This document shows, piece by piece, positions 1-8,829 of a stretch of DNA of 59,166 bases (positions are counted from its first letter, which is position 1; each line of letters opens with the position of its first letter). The DNA is from Gemmatimonadota bacterium (lineage in GTDB: Bacteria > 4572-55 > J002). Position numbers and translations under genes: made by a program. The DNA lies in NCBI GenBank assembly GCA_003697105.1, contig RFFQ01000138.1:1-59166 (forward strand), read 5' to 3'. A model generated the notes under the pieces. It ran no database searches. It saw only the letters and a list, made by a program, of their open reading frames with translations, and was not told where the DNA came from.

Positions 1-3000
1 ACCATCAGTTTGACCCACAGCTATGATGCCGACCTCGATATTTATCTGATTAGCCCTGCCGGTACGCGCGTGGAACTCTCCACCGATAATGGCGGGAGTG
101 GTAATGACTATCTCAGCACTGAATTTGATGATGAAGCAAGCACGCCGATTACCAGCGGATCGCCACCCTTTACCGGCACCTTCCGGCCAGAAGGTGCGTT
201 GAGTGCGCTAGATGGGGAATCTATTACCGGGGATTGGACACTAGAAATTACCGACCAATACAACTTGGATGGGGGTACACTAACCATATTTGCCCTCGAC
301 CTCCGTTACATCGACCCGCAACCCGGGACTGCCCTCGATTTTGATGGGATCGATGATGTGGTCACGGTGGCAGATAACAATGTGCTCGATTTAAGTTCCA
401 GCGGAACATTAGAAGCCTGGATTTATCCCACTGTCACCAATAATTATGGCGGGATCATTCATAAAGGGGATCAACCCGATTTTAGCGATGAAGCCTATAC
501 CTTACAACTATGGAATGATGACCGGGTAGCGTTTGCGATTGTCAATTCCGGTGGTACCAGCCAAACCCTATTTTCCACCTCCACATTGACGGCGAACCAG
601 TGGTATCATGTCGCAGCAACGTGGGATGCCAGCGGGATGTCTATCTACTTGAACGGTACATTGGATGCCTCGAACAGTACCGCGATAACGGCACGGAACA
701 GTGCCGGAGGATTGAATATCGGTGCCCAATTGAATGATGCCAGTTATCCCTTTAGCGGGCAAATTGAGGAAGTCCGGTTGTTTAACACCGCCCGCACACA
801 AAGTGAGATTCGCGAAAACATGCATCTGACGTTGGGTGGCTTCGAGACCGGTTTAGTTTCCTATTGGCAGTTGAATGATGCCTCCGGTTCCACTGCCCGC
901 GATGTAAAAAATGCACAGGATGGCACGCTCAACAACATGAACAATGTGGATTGGGTGACCTCAACAGTTGCAACGGGTGGCGGTACCAGCAACACCCAAA
1001 CACCCCCGACTGGTGCCAGTGCTATCACCTTTACCGGCACAGGAATAGTGGCAAATTTTACGGCGAATTCTGCCGCCGACCCCATCGTTGCTACCCGGAT
1101 CAATCTGATGCCATACGCCCCACCAACCGGTCAGGATACCGTTTTTGGCAGTCAGTATTGGGTGATCAATCGCTTTGGGAGTGGCACGTTCAGCGCCAAC
1201 ATGGATTTTACGCTGGCAGATGATCTGAATGCCGTCGATGCCGCCAATCCAAACCGTATCCAACTGTTTGCGCGGGGGAACCGTGAATTTGGTACATGGA
1301 CATTGGTTGCCAACGCCACTGCAGTCAATGAGTTGACCGAAACGGTCACCTTTAACGGGATAACTCAATTTGACCGGCAATTTGTGATCACCCGTTCGAC
1401 AGATATGTATTATGCCAGCAGCACAACAACCCAAAATTCAAATAATGTGTTACAAAACAGTCTCGATCAGCAGATCATTGGGATCGAAATTGTGATGGAT
1501 GGGACAACAAATCCCCTGAGTGTTACCCAGTTTGACCTGAACACCACCGGTACAACGAATACAGCGGACATCGCCAATGCGAAAATCTATTACACCGGTA
1601 CATCCAGCACCTTTTCCACCACCAACCAATTTGGCTCGACCATTGCCGCACCGAACGGTTCGTTTACTATTACGGGGTCTCAGGCACTTAGCGACGGGAC
1701 AAACTACTTCTGGTTGACCTATGATGTTACTGCTGGGGCAACAATCGGGAATCAAATCGATGCGCAGTGTACCGCCTTTGAACTAAACGGTACACGTACC
1801 CCCACGGTCACTGCTCCTGCCGGTGCACGCACCATTGTGGGGACTCCCGATGATTTTCCCGGTTACGCGCTTGATTTTGATGGCGTGGATGATAATGTCC
1901 AAATCCCAGACGATAATTCACTCGATTTAACCAGCACGTACACCGTCGAAGCGTGGATCAATCCGGTCAGTTGGGGTGAAAATAATCGAGGACGGATTGT
2001 AGATAAAAATGTGTACCGGTTTATGCTTCGCAACAATGGCAATTTATGGTGGCGCAGTACAACCGGCGGTTCGGTGCGTACCTCATTTAACAATGTGATT
2101 AATTGGAACCAGTGGCAACATGTGGCGGTCATCTGCGATGGGAGTTCGGTGGAATTCTATGTCAATGGGGTACTTAGCAGTAGCGGACAATCCGCATTAA
2201 CCCTAAGTGCGAGTACCAGTAACCTCTACATCGGCAATAATGGCGGCACTAATAGCACTTTTGAAGGGAAAATTGATGAAGTTCGTATTTGGAATACCGC
2301 CCGCTCGGTGCAAGATTTACGCGAAAATATGCACTTGACCCTCGTAGGGACGGAACCCGGTTTGGTTAGCTACTGGCAGTTTAACGAAGGAACCGGCTCC
2401 ACGACAAGCGACCCCATCAGCGGCAACGATGGTACCCTCAATAACATGGATGCCGCCGATTGGGTAGCTTCTACGGTTGCCACCGGCGCTGGTGCCAGTG
2501 CGACCGCCCAACCAGCAACGGGTGCCAGTACCACCACATTTACTGGGACGGGTGTTTCCATGCGATTCACCACAAACACCGCCTCTGACCCAATTGTGGT
2601 GACCCGAATTGATCGGACACCGAATCTCGTTCCAAGTGGTACGTTCACCGTGTATGATTCGCAATATTGGGTGATCCATCGCTATGGATCCGGCACATTT
2701 GATACCGATTTGATCTTGACCGTTGCCGAAGATTTGACCTCTCTGGAAGCCGCTTACCCCGAACGCCTTAGCCTTTACCGGCGGGATGCCACCTCAGATG
2801 GGGCGTGGACATTAGTCGGTACCGGAACAGAAGTCAATGCGGCAACCGATGAGGTCACGTTTAGCGGTATTACCACCTTTGGGCAATTTTTGGTAGTGCG
2901 AGACATTTATAATGTCAATATTTGTGGGAATGTGACCGCAGATTCCAGTTGGGTTGCAGATACCGTGCGTATCTCCTGTGATGTGACGGTATTGGATGGG

Positions 3001-5775
3001 GTCACATTGACCATTGGCGCCGGTACATACGTGGAATTTCAGGATCATTATAAATTGAATGTCCAAGGGCGACTTTTAGCCAGCGGTACGGCGACGGATT
3101 CGATCACCTTTACCGTGCCGGTAGCCCAGCAAAGTACCGGTTGGCACGGTATCCGGTTCGATCAAACACCCGCAACCAACGATACCTCGCGCATTCAGTA
3201 CTGCAAATTTGAGTACGGTCATGCCACCGATGGGAATCCGAATTATCCCGATACAGAAGATGATCATGGCGGTGCGTTGTTTGTTAAAGGGTTCTCAAAA
3301 TTGATTGTGGAATACTCGCGGTTTGTGAATAATCAAGCTGAATTTGGCGGCGCAATCATGTTGCGTGATACGTCTAACATTGTTATTCGCAATTGTACGA
3401 TTAGCAACAACCAAGCAACCAGTTCCCTGCCGTTTTTTGGATCGATGGGGGGTGGCATTTTTTGCTATCGCTCCAGTCCAATTCTCAGCTATAACACGAT
3501 TGTCAATAATTCGGCAGATTGGCATGGAGGTGGTGTTGTCTGCCATAGCGGATCAAATGCAACGATTACCAACAATACAATCGGGTATAACGTCGCCAAT
3601 GCCTTTTATGGAGGCGGTCTCGCGTGCTTTTTCGATTCCGATCCCGTTTTGACCAATACAATTCTATGGGGCAATACCTCTGCCGCTCTGGATAGTAACG
3701 AGGCATACATTGCCGAATTTGATTCCGATCCGCTCTTCATCAATTGCAACGTACAAGGCGGTATTTTTGACCCCGAAGGACGCCGGATCAAATCCAATCG
3801 AGCCACATTACGAGGAGGACATTTACGCCACGCCGATAATATCGATGCCGACCCCATGTTTGTCCGCCCACCCGCCGGAGCAGGTGTTGATTATAATGGC
3901 TTAGCCGCCGATTGGTCGTTAGTGGCAGAATCCCCCTGTATTGATGCCGGTTTTGAAGGTGATGTGCCACCCCCCGGCGGAGAACCCCGCGTTGATATGG
4001 GTTCGTATGAGTTTGTTCCCGACCGGTCCCAGTCAGTACAGGGCTTGGGCACCTCACTCGATGAAAATTTCATCCGCGGTACCGGATCAGCCATTGCCGC
4101 CACGGCTGGAACAATAGATGCCAACGTGGAATTAGTATTGGAAGACCCCCCGTTGCCGGAGTATCTCCCTCATGTGGCGCGGTTTTGGCGAGTCGAGATC
4201 GATCAGCACTTACGAATATCGCCGTGCGCCTATTTACGATTTTATTATCCAAGGAATGCCTCCGCGGCATTTGAAGGCGCACCTACCATCTATCACCGCC
4301 ACGGTAAAATCTGGTATCCCCTACCGACTTCCACGGAGCAAACCGTCGGACAGTCACATTATGTCCAAACGCTCCAACCCGTTTGTTCGTTTTCTGAATT
4401 TACTGTTGCGGATCAGCCGCCAATGTTTGATATTAGGGTCGATACCGAACCCTTGCTGGATCATCCATCGTCCGGTCAAGTGGAGCATTGTTTAGCCGTT
4501 GAGGTTGATCAACAAGGCATTATCTATGAAACTACCATCACCGACCCGGTTGTCGATGTGAATTACTACGTCTCACCGGATTCTATCGTGAACGTAACGG
4601 ATATGGTGACGGTCAGCGCACCGGCAACGATGGATGGTTTAAGCACCATCTGCCTTATGTATGACTTGAATGACCCTCGCTTGCCGGAAACCGACTACGT
4701 GACCCTACGAGGCGAATTTCAGATAGCTGGGCTGAATTTGTCACCCCAAACAGTTGACTTTCGGATTTTTGTCCTAGATGCCGAGAACGAATTTCAAATT
4801 GCGGATTTCAACGGGGATGGCTGTGTGGAAAGCACAGATTTGCTGACCTTGCTTTACGCTTACGGCTCGCAACCGGCAGATGACAATTGGAATTCGCAGG
4901 TAGATATTGGGGTCGCCGGTGTATATGATGTTATCGGGCGTGATGCCCAAGTGGGCTTTGCGGATTTACTCCGCTTTGCCAGTTACTATGGGATGTGTGA
5001 TAATGCGCCGTTGGTGTGGCACATGGCGCCCGAAATGATGCCGGCAAAACATGCCGGTACAACGAAAAGCGCGCTCCCGCATCTGAATCTGCAACCCCAG
5101 CGGGTCTCCCCCAACCGCATGAGCGTGGATCTGGATGTGGCGGCAGTTACAGACCTGTATGGAGCAAGCCTCAACCTCCACTACCCAGCGGAGCAATTGC
5201 GCGTGGTGCAGGTCACAGAAGGGGATTTCTTGCAGGCAGAGGGTGTCCCAACCTTCTTTTACCAGCAGGCAGAAAATGGTGTCATTCAAATCGATGTCGC
5301 TCGGTTGGGGAATGTGAGCGGCAAGCCGGGAACAGGCACGTTGGCACGGGTCACCTTTGACGTGTTACGTGGCGGCGAATGGTCATTAGAGGTCCAAGCG
5401 GTAAATGCAGTAAATGCGGATTTTCAATCGCTAAACCTGCAAAGCTATCGCTTACAGGGTAATGCCGGTGAGCCGCTAAAACCGGCAATCCCCCAACAGT
5501 ATGGTCTCGCCCAAAATTACCCGAACCCATTCAATCCGGTGACAACAATCCGGTACCAACTCCCGCAGAATGATGTGGTCACGTTGCATGTGTACGATAT
5601 TGCCGGGCGGCTGGTGCGCCGGTTGTTGGAACGCGAAGTTCAGGAGGCGGGCTACTATCGGTTACAATGGGATGGAACGGATGACCGTCACCGCCCGCTT
5701 TCATCGGGTATGTACATTTATCGCTTGGAAACACCGCAGTTTCAATCGACAAAAACCATGATGTTACTCCGTTAA
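1..5775 (+). CDS. Large modular secreted/surface protein, 5' partial (proprotein-convertase P domain, 2x LamG, BNR-associated N-like domain, right-handed beta-helix, dockerin-like, cohesin-like, FlgD-Ig/T9SS-type C-terminal domain)
   Basis: Frame is open from base 1, so the gene starts outside the window. P domain 'DLDIYLISPAGT...GDWTLEITD'; two LamG units 'ALDFDG..D...W.HVA....G.I.EVR'; GGA/GGG-FxxN beta-helix repeats; 'ADFNGDG.V...DL' EF-hand-like pair; C-terminal 'QNYPNPFNP.TTIRY.L...WDG.D..SG.Y.YRL'. Confidence 0.85.
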   Translation, partial: TISLTHSYDADLDIYLISPAGTRVELSTDNGGSGNDYLSTEFDDEASTPITSGSPPFTGTFRPEGALSALDGESITGDWTLEITDQYNLDGGTLTIFALDLRYIDPQPGTALDFDGIDDVVTVADNNVLDLSSSGTLEAWIYPTVTNNYGGIIHKGDQPDFSDEAYTLQLWNDDRVAFAIVNSGGTSQTLFSTSTLTANQWYHVAATWDASGMSIYLNGTLDASNSTAITARNSAGGLNIGAQLNDASYPFSGQIEEVRLFNTARTQSEIRENMHLTLGGFETGLVSYWQLNDASGSTARDVKNAQDGTLNNMNNVDWVTSTVATGGGTSNTQTPPTGASAITFTGTGIVANFTANSAADPIVATRINLMPYAPPTGQDTVFGSQYWVINRFGSGTFSANMDFTLADDLNAVDAANPNRIQLFARGNREFGTWTLVANATAVNELTETVTFNGITQFDRQFVITRSTDMYYASSTTTQNSNNVLQNSLDQQIIGIEIVMDGTTNPLSVTQFDLNTTGTTNTADIANAKIYYTGTSSTFSTTNQFGSTIAAPNGSFTITGSQALSDGTNYFWLTYDVTAGATIGNQIDAQCTAFELNGTRTPTVTAPAGARTIVGTPDDFPGYALDFDGVDDNVQIPDDNSLDLTSTYTVEAWINPVSWGENNRGRIVDKNVYRFMLRNNGNLWWRSTTGGSVRTSFNNVINWNQWQHVAVICDGSSVEFYVNGVLSSSGQSALTLSASTSNLYIGNNGGTNSTFEGKIDEVRIWNTARSVQDLRENMHLTLVGTEPGLVSYWQFNEGTGSTTSDPISGNDGTLNNMDAADWVASTVATGAGASATAQPATGASTTTFTGTGVSMRFTTNTASDPIVVTRIDRTPNLVPSGTFTVYDSQYWVIHRYGSGTFDTDLILTVAEDLTSLEAAYPERLSLYRRDATSDGAWTLVGTGTEVNAATDEVTFSGITTFGQFLVVRDIYNVNICGNVTADSSWVADTVRISCDVTVLDGVTLTIGAGTYVEFQDHYKLNVQGRLLASGTATDSITFTVPVAQQSTGWHGIRFDQTPATNDTSRIQYCKFEYGHATDGNPNYPDTEDDHGGALFVKGFSKLIVEYSRFVNNQAEFGGAIMLRDTSNIVIRNCTISNNQATSSLPFFGSMGGGIFCYRSSPILSYNTIVNNSADWHGGGVVCHSGSNATITNNTIGYNVANAFYGGGLACFFDSDPVLTNTILWGNTSAALDSNEAYIAEFDSDPLFINCNVQGGIFDPEGRRIKSNRATLRGGHLRHADNIDADPMFVRPPAGAGVDYNGLAADWSLVAESPCIDAGFEGDVPPPGGEPRVDMGSYEFVPDRSQSVQGLGTSLDENFIRGTGSAIAATAGTIDANVELVLEDPPLPEYLPHVARFWRVEIDQHLRISPCAYLRFYYPRNASAAFEGAPTIYHRHGKIWYPLPTSTEQTVGQSHYVQTLQPVCSFSEFTVADQPPMFDIRVDTEPLLDHPSSGQVEHCLAVEVDQQGIIYETTITDPVVDVNYYVSPDSIVNVTDMVTVSAPATMDGLSTICLMYDLNDPRLPETDYVTLRGEFQIAGLNLSPQTVDFRIFVLDAENEFQIADFNGDGCVESTDLLTLLYAYGSQPADDNWNSQVDIGVAGVYDVIGRDAQVGFADLLRFASYYGMCDNAPLVWHMAPEMMPAKHAGTTKSALPHLNLQPQRVSPNRMSVDLDVAAVTDLYGASLNLHYPAEQLRVVQVTEGDFLQAEGVPTFFYQQAENGVIQIDVARLGNVSGKPGTGTLARVTFDVLRGGEWSLEVQAVNAVNADFQSLNLQSYRLQGNAGEPLKPAIPQQYGLAQNYPNPFNPVTTIRYQLPQNDVVTLHVYDIAGRLVRRLLEREVQEAGYYRLQWDGTDDRHRPLSSGMYIYRLETPQFQSTKTMMLLR

Positions 5776-5789
5776 TTGAAAGGATAGGC

Positions 5790-7349
5790 ATGGCAAATTA
5801 CCCGTATCAAATCACCACGGAACTGTTTCAAATTCCCCATGAGGATACGTTTTTACTCTATTCCCCCCTCAAGCGGGTGGCATTTCGGGTCAACGAGGCG
5901 ACAATTGACCTGTTAGTGCGTATTCAACGGCAGGAAGAACTTCCACAAACGCCGTCGGTGCAAAAAACCCTCACGTTTTTTGAAGAGATTGGGATTCTGA
6001 ACGGTGAGCCAGACCAACGACCCGCTCATGCCGCCCCACCGGGGAGTGAGTTTCGTCCTACGACCGTAACGCTCTTTCTCACATCGGAATGTAATCTGGG
6101 TTGTGTGTACTGTTATGCCAATGCCGGTGTACAAAAGCTGTTTTTATCGTGGGATATCGCCAAAGCCGCCATTGATTGGGTAATTGAAAATGCACGAGCC
6201 ACGGAAAAAGATAAAATTTTGCTCGATTTTCATGGCGGGGGTGAACCAACCCTCTGTTGGGATGTACTCACGCGGAGTGTGGAATATGCCGAAGCGGAAA
6301 CCCAAAAGTATGGGCTAAAGCTGGATGTATCATTGGCATCGAACGTAATGATCAACCACAAACAGGCACAATGGATTGTAGAACATGTCCACTCCATGAC
6401 CGTTTCGATGGATGGAATGCAAGACATTCAGGACTTACAACGCCCAACAGTTGCCGGAAACGGCTCATTTGAGCGCGTGGTGAGCATCCTTAAGTTTTTT
6501 GATACCCATGATTTTAACTATGGCATCCGAGCAACCATCACCCATTACAATGTGGAGCGAATGACCGAAATGGTGGAATTCTTCGCGGCGACATTCAAAG
6601 CCACTCAATGGAATTTTGAACCCATGTTTGCCGCCGGTCGGGCGTTAGTCACCGGTTCCCCCGAACCGTTTGAAGAGGTGTTTATTCGGGAGTTTCGGCG
6701 GGCACGGGAACGCGCGAAAGAACTGGGACGAAATCTCGCCTATTCCGGGAATATGATCGAACGTATCTCCAACACGTTTTGTGGTGCGCCGGGCAAAAAT
6801 TTCTCGATCACGCCGGATGGCTATATCAGCGCCTGTCACGAAGTCAATAAAGCCACCGACCCCAAAGCCAATCTGTTTATTTATGGGGAGTACGACCCAG
6901 AAAAAAAGACATTTGTGATCCATACCGATAAACTGGATCGCTTGCGCACGTTTACGGTCGATCAGGTCGAATATTGTGACGGCTGCTTTGCCAAATGGCA
7001 CTGCGCTGGAGATTGTGTGGTTAAAGTGGTCAAAACAACGGGGGATTATCACAAACGCACTTCAGAATACCGCTGCCAAATGAACCGGGAATTGACTAAA
7101 GACCGCATTCTGGAACTGGCAAACCACCGGATTATGGTTTCTTTGGAAGAAGATGATGTGTTTTTGCTAAACCCCACAGCGGCTCAGGTACACCAATTGG
7201 TCGAACAAGGCTATCCTCGGGAGGCAATCATCGATGAAATGTGTTCCTTCTATCCAGAGATGTCCCGAGATGTGATCGAGGCAGATGTCGGTGAAATTTT
7301 AGCAGACCTTGCCGAAATTGGTATGTTATCGGATATTTCAACATTGTAA
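5790..7349 (+). CDS. Radical SAM/SPASM peptide maturase with fused C-terminal PqqD/RRE domain
   Basis: CxxxCxxC 'CNLGCVYC', 'FHGGGEP', SPASM cysteines 'C..ITPDG..SAC' and Cx2Cx5Cx3C 'CDGCFAKWHCAGDC'; C-terminal 'LNPTAAQVHQLV...IIDEMCSFY...IEADVGEILADLAEIGML' resembles PqqD; RBS AAGGA. Confidence 0.92.
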   Translation: MANYPYQITTELFQIPHEDTFLLYSPLKRVAFRVNEATIDLLVRIQRQEELPQTPSVQKTLTFFEEIGILNGEPDQRPAHAAPPGSEFRPTTVTLFLTSECNLGCVYCYANAGVQKLFLSWDIAKAAIDWVIENARATEKDKILLDFHGGGEPTLCWDVLTRSVEYAEAETQKYGLKLDVSLASNVMINHKQAQWIVEHVHSMTVSMDGMQDIQDLQRPTVAGNGSFERVVSILKFFDTHDFNYGIRATITHYNVERMTEMVEFFAATFKATQWNFEPMFAAGRALVTGSPEPFEEVFIREFRRARERAKELGRNLAYSGNMIERISNTFCGAPGKNFSITPDGYISACHEVNKATDPKANLFIYGEYDPEKKTFVIHTDKLDRLRTFTVDQVEYCDGCFAKWHCAGDCVVKVVKTTGDYHKRTSEYRCQMNRELTKDRILELANHRIMVSLEEDDVFLLNPTAAQVHQLVEQGYPREAIIDEMCSFYPEMSRDVIEADVGEILADLAEIGMLSDISTL

Positions 7350-7381
7350 CGGGCTGTAACCACCCTAAATTTGAGGTAGGC

Positions 7382-7972
7382 ATGTCTGATGAAAAACGAC
7401 CTGATGATCGGTTAGGTCGCGTTGAAAAATCACGCGCTCCAGCAGATCGTCCGCGGGATCGGCAAACCCCTGCCCCCCCGGAGCAAAAATCGCTAGAGCG
7501 TGACCCGCGCTTACATCGCCGTGAGGAGGAACGGCGCCCCCCCCGCCGGGAGTATATCCGCAAACGCGAACACGACACCAACCCTCGCCGGGATTATCTG
7601 CCGGATTGGCAGGATCAAGATGTCCCGCGTGACCCCAGACAACACCCGGCTTTGGAACGAAACGTAACCCCAGAGCCGTTGGAGCGGGAAGCAGAACCCC
7701 GTCCCGGAGGCCGCCCCCGTTACGAAAAACCAACGGTACGGCGGTATAGCGGTCCCAAACGCGGTGAAGGTGATATCCGGTGCAGTGTTTACTGTGCCAG
7801 TCACGCGGGTGATTGGCAGGTTCCGTGTCCGCCGCAGTGTTTGTCGGTGAACTTTTGCCCCACACAATGCGGATATTATGTTTCCTGCCCCTCTGATGCC
7901 CCGGGCGGCGGCTGCTCTCCACAGGTGATTTGTAGCCCGGATTCATGTAGCCCAGTTTGTGCCTCGAATTAG
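7382..7972 (+). CDS. Putative RiPP precursor peptide (long Arg/Pro/Glu/Asp-rich leader, Cys-rich core)
   Basis: RBS GAGGT; lies 32 bp after the rSAM gene; YxxPx(L/V)-like 'YEKPTV' at 7721-7738; 11 Cys confined to residues 134-193, none in the first 133. Confidence 0.75.
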   Translation: MSDEKRPDDRLGRVEKSRAPADRPRDRQTPAPPEQKSLERDPRLHRREEERRPPRREYIRKREHDTNPRRDYLPDWQDQDVPRDPRQHPALERNVTPEPLEREAEPRPGGRPRYEKPTVRRYSGPKRGEGDIRCSVYCASHAGDWQVPCPPQCLSVNFCPTQCGYYVSCPSDAPGGGCSPQVICSPDSCSPVCASN

Positions 7973-7983
7973 TGGCAACCGTC

Positions 7984-8823
7984 ATGGTGAATCTGTATTT
8001 CCGGTTTTGGGATTTACAACTACGCCTCTGTTTGGGGGATAACCACCTGAAACCCTTTCTGGTGGCACTGTGGGGAATGTATCAAAAAACCGTGTTGCAG
8101 TCCGGTGTGACGACACTAACCTACCATCTCCAAACGGATTCATCCGACGGACGAACACGCTATGCTCTACAAGTTGAGGAGAATGAGCCTAGCCCGTGGG
8201 TCTCTTTTGATGATATTTTTGGGTTATTAAACCATCAATTAAGCTATAACTTGATTAATACCTGTGTGTCCCGGTGCTTGTTTCACAGTTCGGCGATAGT
8301 AACCCCGGACGAACAGGTGATCATGTGTGTGGGCGATGAAGAACAAGGGAAAACATCTCTCGTATTAGGGCTTGTGGAGCGAGGCTATCGCTTTTTTAGT
8401 GATGATATTGTCGCGTTAAACCCTGAAACCACTCAGGTAGAACCCCTTTTAGTCGGTTTGCCGGTGGAAAAGCACACTCTGGAACGATTTCCGTCATTTG
8501 CCGGTCTGAAAACGAAAATGCCGTTTCTCCAGTTGAATCACGGGATTCCCTGTGCCGAACCGGCGGCTTATCCGATTTCCCGTGTGATTTTTGTCGAACG
8601 GGCAATGGAAGGGGAAACGCAACTAAAACCGGTCTCCCTAGCGGAGGCTGCCGGGTTGTGGTTTCAAAATTGGCGCAACCATTATCTCTACCGGCAACCA
8701 CCGCTGGATGTGGTAGCCGGTCTCGCCCAACAGACCCCGGCATTTCGATTAACACAGGTTGATTTGAACCATGCCGTGGAGCAGATCGAACAACTCGAAA
8801 CCGGTAGGGGATTTTTGCCCTAA
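7984..8823 (+). CDS. HPr kinase-related P-loop kinase (lasso-peptide kinase/HprK-related type)
   Basis: 'FHSSAI', Walker A 'GDEEQGKTS', 'GYRFFSDD'. Start is ATG 7984 or GTG 7972, which overlaps the precursor stop. Confidence 0.75.
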   Translation: MVNLYFRFWDLQLRLCLGDNHLKPFLVALWGMYQKTVLQSGVTTLTYHLQTDSSDGRTRYALQVEENEPSPWVSFDDIFGLLNHQLSYNLINTCVSRCLFHSSAIVTPDEQVIMCVGDEEQGKTSLVLGLVERGYRFFSDDIVALNPETTQVEPLLVGLPVEKHTLERFPSFAGLKTKMPFLQLNHGIPCAEPAAYPISRVIFVERAMEGETQLKPVSLAEAAGLWFQNWRNHYLYRQPPLDVVAGLAQQTPAFRLTQVDLNHAVEQIEQLETGRGFLP

Positions 8824-8829
8824 TAACTC

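Noticed and set aside
5790-7349. Anaerobic sulfatase maturase (AnSME) assignment
   Set aside because: No sulfatase nearby; the PqqD/RRE fusion and adjacent Cys-rich peptide favour peptide modification.
7365-7985. 206-aa antisense ORF over the precursor
   Set aside because: Shadow of the GC-rich + strand gene; no motifs; opposite to the operon direction.
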